Shown: piece by piece, positions 29,144-40,180 of the stretch
Layout of the letters: each line of letters opens with the position of its first letter
Numbering within the stretch: the stretch's first letter is position 1
Assembly (NCBI RefSeq): GCF_009914755.1
Contig: NC_060929.1
Direction: 5' to 3' (one strand)
Length of the DNA stretch: 64,000 bases
From: the human T2T-CHM13v2.0 reference genome, Homo sapiens
Notes under the pieces: generated by a model
What the model was told of the DNA's origin: nothing
Seen by the model: the letters and a program-made list of their open reading frames with translations, nothing else
Databases searched by the model: none
Position numbers and translations under genes: made by a program

Positions 29144-29960
29144 AAGAATTAATACCCAAGGGGTGCTCCTAGAATATTATTTTTTTAACAAGGCTCTGGT
29201 TTGGCATTTACCTTCCTGCGAACTTTGCCCTGGGCATTTCTTTCTCTGTTTCTTTATCAACATAGAAACTTACTCTCTTAAGTTGGTTTACCTCCCGGTA
29301 AATAAATTCATAGTCCTCGAGTGCTCAGGCACATCCACAGTAATCCAAAACGCCCAAAGTAATGATAAATATGTGGAATGGCATTTTATGATTTACAGAA
29401 TGTTTTCACAAAAAAATTATCTTATATCTCCACAACAACTTTGTGAAGTAGGCAAGAGAGATTCTCTCTGAGGTCTGAGACATTCAGGAATTAGTTCAAT
29501 TTGCTTAATAAGTCAGCAATGGACCCAGTGCACGTGCTGCCTCTGTGCTGTACTCCTCCCACCAATGTGCTCATGCAGGCAATGGGTGGGTGTGTGGGCA
29601 GCCACAGCAGATTGGTTGGGTCTCATCATCAGGTCCAGAGCCATGGAGCCCAGAAGCTGGCTGCTCCCTTCTTCATATTAGAAAAGCACCTCAAAATGGT
29701 GCTTGCCTCCTAATGGTGGTTGCTGAGCCTAGTGATGGCAGGGGAACAATGACTTGAAAAATCAAAGGGGATTGGTCCAGCCACAGAGTCAGAGTCAGGG
29801 TGTAAGTTAGAATTTAAATAAACTTTCTTCATATGTGACAAGAATGGTTCCCTGGTTCAATCTGCTTCATTGATCAGGGAGAATCCCAGTCTACACAAAG
29901 AGCATTTCAGCATGGAGAGATATTTCTCACGAATTCTGAATAGCATTTCTCTTTCAGAGG

Positions 29961-30120
29961 CTATTTTCCTTCCCTAAAACATGACTTTCTCCCCAACAGA
30001 ATTAAGTCTTCATAGGACAGAGAGGCTTTTTTTTTTCTTTTTCTTTTTGGCATTTGGATGGTTTGGTCAATCTTCTCTTCCTTATTCCAAAGTTTCTTCC
30101 TGTCGGTTTCAGTTCCAGAA
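29961..30120 (-). CDS. HTR4: Terminal exon c, coding part (53-aa tail in the genomic frame)
   Basis: tttactttAG|T TCT GGA ACT... encodes (S)SGTETDRKKLWNKEEKIDQTIQMPKRKRKKKASLSYEDLILLGRKSCFREGK*. The start SSGTETDR matches the recalled c isoform. Confidence 0.88.
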
Positions 30121-31517
30121 CTAAAGTAAACAACAATGGAAACAATAACTGACACCTTATAAGCAATAAGAAAAAAAGAGAATATGATAAATAATCCTGA
30201 GATGCTATTAAACCACAGCCAAGATCAAAGTCAGAATCTCACATGGCTCTGGGTTTGGCATTTACCTTCCCGGGACTTCTGCTATGGGGCATTCGCAAGA
30301 GCCACTGACTCAGCTTTGAATAAAAGACATCCAGATTAATCTGAAGGACAAAGCTGGAAAGGTCAGGGGTCTAAAAGGCCCAAATGAGGAGGGTCGTTCC
30401 TTTGAAACAAAGCCAAAAGGCAGGCAGGCCATGGCTTCTCGAGGTAGCAGACGGCTATAGCAGCATACTGTTGTCTTAGAAACAGAAAGAAAACTTAAAG
30501 GTCCTCTAGTCCAAGCTTGAGTGCACAGATGTGGAAAGTGGGGTCCAGAGATGAAAGAACACTATTCAAGATCTCACAGCTTGTTTGCAGCACAGCCAGG
30601 GCGGCAATTTGGGTCCTCTGGCTTCAAGTACAGCATTGCCTCGGCATCCCCAGTGCTGCTGGATCCTGCCCTCCTGCACCTTGGGGGAGCTGCAGGGGAA
30701 AATGAGTTTCCCCAGTGTGAACTTCCAACAGTTATCTCCTTTGGCAGCAACAAAGCCAGATTGAAGGGTTTCAAAATGATATCACAAGTTCATGGGAAAG
30801 ATCCTGAAGCCTAATAAACACCTACGATGTTGCTAGCCCTGCCCAAGGCTTTTTAGAAGACGTCCCGTTCTAGCCCAGCAGGAGAGCGAGCATCTCAGGG
30901 CAGACACGCCAGCGGCCAGGACACCAGGAGGAAGCTATCTGTCTTCAGCTTCCCTCCAGAGTTGCTGTGGAGACCATTTTCCTCTGACAGATCTCTGACC
31001 CTGTGTCTTCCATGGAAAATAAATGGAGCATGTCCTGAAGAGGAGGACAGACATTGGACATAAGGAAGAGCAAGTGGACGTCTGGGACTGACAAGGGGGC
31101 CAACCAAGAGGATGCACGTTTGGACCCAGACACAGGGAGAAAAGTGTGTTAGCGTCTGGCACAGAACAGGGCGAAGAAGAGGCAGGGGATAGCTTGAACA
31201 TGGCTGTGACGGACGTGACCAAGCAAGTAAGCAAGACAGGAGCGACGCCTCTGGCTAAGACAGGAACAGAGAGGGAGTATTTTGTTGATATCTGGAAGCC
31301 CACACAGCAAAGAAGGCGTATTTGGAGACATCAGTGACCGAGATAGGACGCAGCAAGCTATCGTGCTTAGAACGTGAGTGAGACAGATCAGACACAGTGA
31401 GTGACGGGAACATGTCAGAGACACCAGAGACCACGCGGCAAAAGCAGAGAATCTGGGAAGAGGGAGTGTTGGGAAATAAAAAGTGAACAAGGAGGCCATT
31501 ATGTCCCCTGACTCCCT

Positions 31518-31536
31518 CCAGCGCCACCTGCTGGAA
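31518..31536 (-). promoter_or_regulatory. CTCF consensus motif in exon b 3'UTR
   Basis: TTCCAGCAGGTGGCGCTGG matches the CTCF core CCASYAGRKGGCRS; occupancy is not shown by sequence. Confidence 0.6.
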
Positions 31537-31693
31537 TCTCAGAGGAAAAGCCCAGCGAGCACCGGGTTCCTGCACTGGCGGACGGAAAGCCTCAGGTGAA
31601 GAGAATACCGGGTGCAGTCGCGCACAAGCAGCAGCTTAGGACCTGGCCCTCTTTCGGAGGCATGGCTGTCTTCTGGGTCATTGTCCCAGGGGC

Positions 31694-31784
31694 CTAAGTG
31701 TCACTGGGCTGAGCAGCCACCAAAGGAGAAGTTGCTGGCGGGTGACACTGACTCTCCCACTGGCCACCACACTCCACTGCATCC
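31694..31784 (-). CDS. HTR4: Terminal exon b, coding part
   Basis: cttctcctctctctAG|G GAT GCA...GAC ACT TAG encodes (R)[29 protein letters not shown], the 5-HT4(b) tail. Confidence 0.97.
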
Positions 31785-32423
31785 CTAGAGAGAGGAGAAG
31801 ATTACAGAACCTCAGAATTGGAAAGGATGTTGCAGATCATCTCCTGAAAGAGCCCACCTGCATGGCAGGAACACTCTGTGCCATGCAGATGAGTAGCTAT
31901 TTGGCTTCTACTTAGGAATTTCCATTGACAGGCCAGTCCATATTAATTTTTGGCAATAATAACTATTAGAAATAGCCCATTAATGTTCAGCCAAAATCGG
32001 TGTCCATATGGCTTCTACCTGATGGACCTATTACGCCTATCAGGCCCCCTCAACATTGTGCCCTCTACCGATTATATCCTCCAAGTTTTCTCTACTCCAA
32101 GCTACACATTCCGATTTTCTTTAATAGTTCATTATATATTATAGTTTCCAGATTATTCCCCATAATGGGCACTGTCCTTTGAACACCTCTCTTGAATTAT
32201 GGTACTAGGAAAGTGCACAAATTTTCGCAGGGAGCCTGACTTACATCATGTGCTTTTCATCATCAATTGGGTTTATTTCTATTAATGTAGTCAAATTCAG
32301 TTCATTTCTAAAAATGGTAATAAGTTATTGGCGTATATTGAGCTTGCTGCCAACTTTGATCGTTTTTGATACAACAACTGTCAATTCCTGAGGTTCTTTA
32401 TTACATTGCTGCCTAGTTGATTT

Positions 32424-32424
32424 T

Positions 32425-32464
<40 letters not shown>

Positions 32465-32468
32465 TTTG
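32424..32468. repeat. (TTTA)n microsatellite
   Basis: Directly visible. Confidence 0.95.
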
Positions 32469-32746
32469 AGCCAAAATATAAACCATCACATTTTACTCAG
32501 TTAAACTTTGTTATATCGGTTTGGTATCACTTTAGTCAGCTGAGATCATTCTAAATCATAGCAATTTTAACATTCAAGATATGATTATTTAGCACCCACT
32601 CAAACTAGACCTTAAGTTTTTTGCAAGCACATAGGAAGATCAAATAATCTACAATGGTAGATATTTCAGTTTAGTGTCATCTGCCTTTTAGTTTTTCAGG
32701 CAAGGTAAAAAATGTTGAGCAAGATAAAACAGAGAATCATAGTTAC

Positions 32747-32866
32747 CCCAAGACAGGCTTCCTTGCAGTCAAACATCTAATGCTCAATGTGCCTGAGAAT
32801 GGACCCGCTCTGGCAGGCTTTGTCCAATACCTTGCTAAAATGTCTCTGTCAAACAGAAAATCTGTC
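32747..32866 (-). CDS. HTR4: Alternative cassette exon i (120 nt, frame-preserving, spliced ahead of exon b)
   Basis: ctAG|G ACA GAT...TTG GG|gtaact encodes (R)TDFLFDRDILARYWTKPARAGPFSGTLSIRCLTARKPVL(G), matching the recalled 5-HT4(i) insert. Confidence 0.93.
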
Positions 32867-33439
32867 CTAGCAGATAAAGAAATTATTTGGCATGAATTAT
32901 TATACAACAGTGAATCTTACTTACACAAGCTATGAGTCTATGGTTTCTGGAGATTAGCTTTAGTGTTTCTTGAAAAATTGGGGCAATATTTACTATCTCC
33001 AGGCTTCCACCTATTCCCCAGTCCTAGAAGAAGTTCATTCGGACTTGTTAGCAACAAGTTTTTTTTAAGCCCCTGAGATATGACACATCTTGGCTCAGAG
33101 AGAGTTAAATGCTTTCCATCAATCCTGGACAGCAACTTTCTCCCTAAAATGTTCTCTTCTTTCCAGTTGGAAGTCTATTCTTATTATAGCAGAATATGCA
33201 AGATTTCTTCCCTAAATAATGAAATCTAACTATTTCTGGGTTAGATCTGAACATAGCTCTGAACATAGCTTTTGTTCATCCTTGATTCATCCTTGGTTAT
33301 ATGTTCCTTCCTCCAGATTTTCCACATGCCATTTTAAAGTGTAAACTCTCTAGATAACTCAAGATGTGCCCTCAGGCCTTTACATACTCCCTTACATTTT
33401 TATCTGTCTGATTCATTGAATATATCTATTTAGAGAAAA

Positions 33440-33577
33440 AACAATGAATGAAAAAGAAGGAATGAAGGTTAAAAAGGAAGGAAGGAGAGAAGGAAGAAAG
33501 GGAAGGAGGAAGGAAGGAAGAAGGAAAGGAAGGAAAGAAGGAAGGGAAAGAGGGAGAGAGGGAAGAAAGAAAATAAG
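33440..33577. repeat. (GGAA)n-like purine-rich low-complexity tract
   Basis: Directly visible. Confidence 0.9.
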
Positions 33578-35864
33578 AATTTCTCATCTCTCATTGGCCA
33601 AATCCCCTTTGTATCATATTTGTTATTATTGTCATTATTAGCAACGATAAAAACAACCACCTATTAGTGCAGCACTGGTGTGCCAGGCATTGGGCTGAAT
33701 GCAGTATGTGCCTTAATTCATGTATTACACCCATTTAACAGGCAAGGAAACTGAGCTTCAGGGAGCATAAGTAATTTGCCCAAGTATACACAGTTAATAA
33801 ATGACAGGGTCAGACCTTACATTTAAGTCATTTTTGACACCAGCACCTGTGCTAGTAACTGTTCTACTGTATTGTCATTCATCATTTTGACAACTACCAC
33901 TATGGATACAGTATTTAGGTCTCGCTGTCTCTAGCATTTCTTTGTCCCACTATGGCAGACTCCTGGGTGAAATGAATATGTAGAGGGGTGCATGTTATAA
34001 ATGTTCCACCTGTGAGAAACCTGCAGTGTGATGTGGCATTTCCATTTATTGCAACACAATATGACTGTGACACTAACATGAGACTCTTTCCTGCTAACTC
34101 CATCTGACCATTAAAGAAGAGTCATTGCCAAGTGGAACCCCATGTTTTCTGTGACGTAGAACTAGGGAGACTAGGTGTAAAGGGGGAAAAAATCCTGTGA
34201 AGGTAGGAGGAAAGTCCGGAAGACAAAGAGAGGGGCCACATGAATAAACATAATAAAGAATGAGGGGTGAGGATAAAAGACAAGGCGAAAAGATCAGAGC
34301 TAAAGAAAGCCATGTGGTTGGGCATGTGGAAGGCTCCAGAGCAATTGGAGAGAGGAAGAGGTTCTTTGAGAAATGTTTCCGAAGGGCTACATTGGCTCTC
34401 TCTTTCTCTCCCTCTCTATCTATCTTTGACATTGGCAAACTCAGCTTCAATATATTGGCTCTCTTGTACAATTCTTTTAGAGATTTAAATAAAGATTGAA
34501 AATACTCTAGTATTGCTATTTGATGTCTAATGCCAGGTTACATCAATATAGCTCTGGCCATGGAGAAAGGACAATGGCCCAGCATCTAACTCCATGAAGG
34601 ACTCACAACGTCTCTCTCTCAGCAGGACGAATGGGAATGTGAGAATAATGACAGAGTGATCTTATGGTCAGTTGGCTCATAGCCGCAGTTCTCATTGTTA
34701 TATTTACATAATTGTTCACAGTTAGCAGTTTAGTGTCATCTGCCTTTTAGGCCTTCATGCATGATAAAAAAAAATGTGGTACATTATACTGCACCATAAG
34801 AGACCTCCTTCCTGTGCAATAAGATCATCCTCAGTGCACATGGCTTTAACACTCAGGAAGCCCCTTTCACTCCCAGCTAGAAGGTCACCTTACTAATTCA
34901 GAGAAGAAAGCAGCAGAGTGTAGCAACCAGAAGACAGGGACCTGGGTTCTAATGCCTTTGGAGCCTCCAGTTGAGTGACTGGATGACTTTGTCCCTTTCC
35001 TGTGCCTCACTTTTCCCATTTGTTAAATGAAGGGGAGGATAATCTGTAAGATCATTTGCAGCTCTGACATTCTGATTCTATGAGTAGCAGGGATGGTGGG
35101 TGACAGAGACAGGCCTTCTGATTGGGCACCAGCTGTGTGTGGGACTGTTCTCCAAAGCTGTGGGTAATTGCTTCAAATCTGGCTTTTAATATTCTATTGT
35201 TAGTATCTGATACTTTATATTCCATGTGGAGGGAAGAGGTTTCGCTGGAAACACAGGGAGGGTAATTTTGGATTTGTATTAAAGAATCTGAAAGACCTCA
35301 ATTTCGGAATCTGTGAAATTACATTGCAAAGCTGTTAAACGTATTTGGGTAGGATAGGATAGGGTGGGGCTGAGATGCCACAACTTAAAATGCAGCGAGA
35401 TCACAACTGTCTCTCCTCAAACATATGTTTGATCAAAAACATTGGCAGAGCCACTCAAAATCCCTGATGCAAAACATCATTTAAAAAGAATCTTTCTCCA
35501 ATATTTTAACGGATGAGTTTTTAAAATGCAGTTTCTTGTTGTAATCATTTTGGTAAAATCCCTGACAATTTACAAAGCATTGTCATATCTTTTTTTCACA
35601 TTTAATCTTCAATGCAAATCTGTAAGGCAAGAAGGTACAGAGTCTTGTTTCCATGTTAGAGGAAGAGGAAAGTGTAATGTAGAGGCATGGATTGATCGAT
35701 GGGTAATGGTGGATCTAGTGCTATAACTTGGGTATTCTGCCCTCCAAATCAAGAATTCTGCCCATTTGGAAACATGGAAATCATTTATGTGGTGGGAAGT
35801 TTTATAACAAAGTTATTAGCAGTTAATGAAACAGACTTACAATTACTTGTTCTGTGGAAGAAAG

Positions 35865-35927
35865 AATAGGAGGAGGAAGAAGGAGAAGAGGAGGAAGAAG
35901 AAAAGGAGGAGGAGGAGGAGGAGGAGA
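35865..35927. repeat. (GAG)n/GA-rich tract
   Basis: Directly visible. Confidence 0.9.
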
Positions 35928-35942
35928 ATCACTTGCTAAGTC

Positions 35943-36140
35943 ATCTTTCTCAAAGGTCCAGAGGCTATGTGCATGAGAACTATATTGGGTACTTTTATAA
36001 AATACAGATTCCCAGGATCCATACCAGACCTTTGACAGCGAGGGTAGGAGGGCAGGAGTGAGCCAGAGAGAGCAGCAATCTGCATTTTAAAAAACTGCTC
36101 TCAGCTGATTCTTACGCACACAGGTGTATGAGATTTCCCT
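35943..36140. mobile_element. MER5-type hAT fragment
   Basis: aaatacagattcccagg...aatctgcattttaa...gctgattct motifs. Confidence 0.6.
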
Positions 36141-36160
36141 CCAGCCATTCTATTCATACC

Positions 36161-36283
36161 AGAGAGCGAGCTTAGAGATAGAGACAGTAGAGAGAGCGAG
36201 CTTAGAGATAGAGACAGTAGAGAGAGCGAGCTTAGAGATAGAGACAGTAGAGAGAGCGAGCTTAGAGATAGGCAGTAGAGAGA
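36161..36283. repeat. 30-bp minisatellite (agagagcgagcttagagatagagacagtag), 3 perfect copies plus 1 degenerate
   Basis: Directly visible. Confidence 0.95.
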
Positions 36284-38609
36284 AATCACAGGCAGGTCAG
36301 AGGGGCCAGAGATAGAAGTCCCTGCTCCCAAAGGGAAAGGAATGGAAACAATAAAATAAAACATACATTTCAGCAAAGTGGACAAGGAAGTATTTATTGG
36401 TTGTCATCACATTGAAGATAAACAGATGAGAAAAGACTTGGTGATTATGAAAATGAGAAAGCAAAAAATGTAAAGAGATGCACAGAGCAATGTTTTTTTA
36501 GGTGCTTTTCATGTGATGAGAAATAGAATTCTTGGGTATTGTTAGCTGATAAAAACCGAGTTGTCTATAAACCGTGAGGCACATAGATTTGTAATAAGTT
36601 ATCAGCAAGTTTGCTTATTAAAAGTCCATTTCTTAAATTGTCTGTAGATACACTATCAACCAGAATTCTACTAAGGCTAGAAGATCAAGTGTTTCCCAAA
36701 CATAGGATGTGTTCTGTGAGTGACATCTCAGAGAATGGGCACAGCATTAAATAATCTGAATGACAGCAAGGGGATTCAAATTATTCATTCAGTCATTCTG
36801 ACTCAGTGTGGTCCTGCTCTGGTTTAACAAGTCTCTAATACCTAACAAACACAGTGCAGGCGTCAGGCTCAAAGCCTTTGGCAAAAAAACAGGATAAAGC
36901 TAAATTTTAATAACTTTGTTTTACTTTCATTGCATTTGTATTAAAAATCATCTTCTCTATATAGTTTTGCATTTAAGGTCACAATACAGAGTTTCCTTTA
37001 CAAATATGTTTATTTAGATTTAAAACGTATTTAAAGAAAAATAGTAAATAAATAATAGCATGGCATGGGTAGAGTGGTGATATGATAAAAAAAAATCATG
37101 AAAGTAGCATGCAAGTTACAAAAGCCCCTATCAGACAGATGAGAAAACTAAATTGCAGAAAGCATAGTGTCTTGGCAAGGACATAAAGCAATGCATCTGC
37201 AGGGCATGACATCTAGGATCTTTCTTTCTACTGTCTTTTGAAGCTTGCAGAAAGCTGAGCTTTCATAGTTTGGGATGTTAACATTGTGGCCTCTGGACAA
37301 AATGTATTCCCAAGGGCCCTTTAATCTCATCACCAGTCTCAGATATGTCCATGTTTCAATACACCAAAGTGCGAGATCAAATCAGGTGTGGCTGATTCTA
37401 ATCCCTATGTACTTCTTTCCCTATTTCCCAATATGTGCATAGAACTAAGAGGTCAAATCAATATCCTTTCATGACTTTTTTCCATTGTTTACCACAGTTC
37501 CTAAATGGCAAATAAAAGGATTGAAACTCTGAATCTTTGGGAGTCAGACTATCTACCTGCTTTTTCTATAGTATTCCAATATAAAAGGACCTAAAATATC
37601 TAGGAGAAAATACCTTAAAAGTACGTTTTAAACACAGCCAATATTTACTGAATGTTTATTATGTGTCAACTACTGTGCTAAGAAATTCATGGATTATTTC
37701 ATATAAACTTCACAATAATCCTATCACATGGGTTTTATTATTTGCAGGCTCTGGCTGAGTGGAATGAATCCTAGTAACTTTCCCCAGGTAGAGTATCTAG
37801 AGAGTGGTGGGGTCAGGATCTGAACTCAGAGCCTGATTGAAACAACATCACTAAATTTGCACCTTCATGGAACAGGCATTCTCAACCCCTAAACAGTGCT
37901 CTTGAGAAGCTGCCCATAGGAGTGACAGTGAGTCAGGTACATAAAGAATACTTAAGATACTGAGGGATAAGCTGAGCTTCCTAAAGAAGGGCAAGTGGGT
38001 GGTAAGATAGCCCAGAGACTGAGGAGAAAGTGGGGCAGGAAAGTTTAGAGAACTCCTATTGGAACTGTGCCTAGAAGAATGAGTAGTCTTGTGCCAGGCT
38101 GGAAAGTGAGACAGCATTCAAGGCAGCAGAGATGATCCAGAGACAATATAATTCGCTATTTGTTTGGGAAAAGCTGACCAATCTTGTATGTTTATTGCAC
38201 GAAGAGTTAGGTCAGGGGAGCTGGGCTGCAGCGGGGAGAGTTGAGGGAAATGAGCTGGAACACCAGATTGGATCAGGCCAAGAAGGGTTTCATATACCCT
38301 TCCCTCTCTGCCCACTGCAAGTCCTACTGTACTGCTCAAGGTTATCCTATTACAACCCAATCCAGCTGGCATTTGCAGTTTAAAATCCCACATGTCTGAA
38401 TGGCCTTTCCATCTTCCTGAGTGATAAACACGAAGCAGCTTCTCCCTTTATGGCTATATTATATACATAGTCCCAAAAGAAAACCAGAGGCAGAGAAAAT
38501 AATTTATAATTTGCAACTCTGTCAAGGAAAGAGCATCCTAAAATCACCAAAATGTGTGAATAGCCTTTCAGTTCAATTCTAGAACTCACCCTTTTGGAAA
38601 GTCATGCAA

Positions 38610-38711
38610 ATGTATATATACATATACATGTATATATATAATATATAATATACATATACATATATATGTATGTGTGTGTGTATATATATACATATATATA
38701 TGTATATATAT
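38610..38711. repeat. (TA)n/(TG)n compound microsatellite
   Basis: Directly visible. Confidence 0.95.
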
Positions 38712-39029
38712 CCTGATCAGTAAATATATCCAATATTTTTTCCAAATGCAATCTCAGGCATCAAATTAGCTGTTTACCACTAAGCATCTATGGAGATATT
38801 TCTCCTTTGGAAATGTCTACATTTTCTACCAACCCCAGATTGCCAAAGATTCAGTAAAGGAAAGCAGAATGGCCCCCTAAAATTGACAGTATCATTTCTG
38901 ACATATGTCTTCTCATTAGTAATATTTCCAGAAATTCTCCAGCTTCAACCAAACAAAATGTTACACTGGCTGAAATAGAGTTTGCTGTCCCCTACACTTA
39001 ACTGCACTGTGGGACGATGCTTATGATTT

Positions 39030-39560
39030 TGTAACTCACAGAATCACAAAAAAAGGGGCTGAGAACGTGTTATTCAATCTACTCACCTCTTCCCCAGAAA
39101 TGTTGACTAATGAACATTCAGTTCTTCCAGTTACTGATATTCGGTCAATCAACACTTTTAATTGACTGATGGTCATCCAATTGTCTCCTTCAACTTTACT
39201 AGGAACTCCCTAGTAAGGCAATCCATTCCATTTTGTGCTGAAATACATGTTCTTATAACCTCAATCCTTTGTTTCTTACCTCTCTCCCTCACATTATGCA
39301 GAAGAAGTCGAATTCCTGTTTCCTCTAACAGCCCTTTAAATATATAAAAACAATAATTATGACCTAAAACCTCTTTGCTCTAAGCTCAGCATCCCCAGTT
39401 CCTTCTACTGTTATTTATATGTCATAAATTCTGTAGAGAAAATCATGGCATTTACCCTCTTCTGAACATACTCCGGCTTGTCAATTCCCGGTATAAGATG
39501 AAGCTTTTATCATTTCCATGGACCAGGTACCTGCACATTGCACCATGGACTAAACACACA
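39030..39560 (-). mobile_element. L3/CR1 3' fragment
   Basis: Minus strand KWNGLP resembles the CR1 ORF2 C-terminal WNRLP motif; plus strand ctaagctcagcatccccagttcctt is L3-like. Confidence 0.55.
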
Positions 39561-39968
39561 TTTACATGGGAATATGGTTTTCCAATGGGTATCTCAGTGT
39601 GCTTTGGAGGAGATTTCTTCCTGAACAGCTGCTCTGACTAAATTGGAAGGTCTGTGTCCTCGCCAAGTACATGCTGTAAGAGAACAAGCTCCTAGAGCCT
39701 GCCTAGTGGAAAGGGCTTATCTGCAAGGTTACTGCCGGTACTCTAACCACAGAAGTTCAGGACCCTTCCTCCTAGAAACCGTATCAGTCGCCTTCTACGG
39801 CGCTATATATTTTTTTTTTTTTGGTCTTGCCTTAAGAATGTATGAGGATTAAAAGGAGCCAAATGGTGCAGGGGCTGAACCTCCTGGTACTGTTGAAAGA
39901 CCTCTCCTGCTGTCCTTGGCAGTGGCAAGGAAGTTCTCTGTTGTAAAGCTCAGAGGACTAGTTTGAAG

Positions 39969-40180
39969 CAGGGTTTCTTAACCTCGGCACTATCTGGAAA
40001 TCTGGGGCCAGGAAATTCTTTGCTCTGGGGTGTTCCATGCATTGTCGGATGATTAGCAGCGTCCCTGGCCTCCACCCACTATATACCAATAGTATTCCCA
40101 CGTTGTGACAACCAAAAATGCCACCAGATATTGCCAAATGTTCTCTGGTAAACAAGATCATTCCTGATAAAGAACTACTG
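39969..40180 (-). mobile_element. MER20
   Basis: cagggtttcttaacctcggcact...gtgacaaccaaaaatg...agaactactg; imperfect 8-bp TSD gtttgaag/gtttaaac. Confidence 0.88.

Larger units (their letters stand above)
31800..33360 (-). mobile_element. L3/CR1 LINE fossil, sense to HTR4, hosting exon i; interrupted by (TTTA)n and a short L2-like piece
   Basis: CR1-type tail (cctttccaattctgaggttctgtaat) at 31800; degenerate RT motifs FSKVLDK, GV...LLNIF and ADDTKL in the correct order on the minus strand. Confidence 0.7.

Noticed and set aside
30517-31575. Cluster of short ORFs on both strands
   Set aside because: GC-richer 3'UTR of exon b with fewer stop codons; no recognisable domain.
36101-36385. Repetitive ORFs and CRISPR-like appearance of the 30-bp repeat
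   Set aside because: Contiguous tandem units with no spacers, in eukaryotic DNA; it is a minisatellite.
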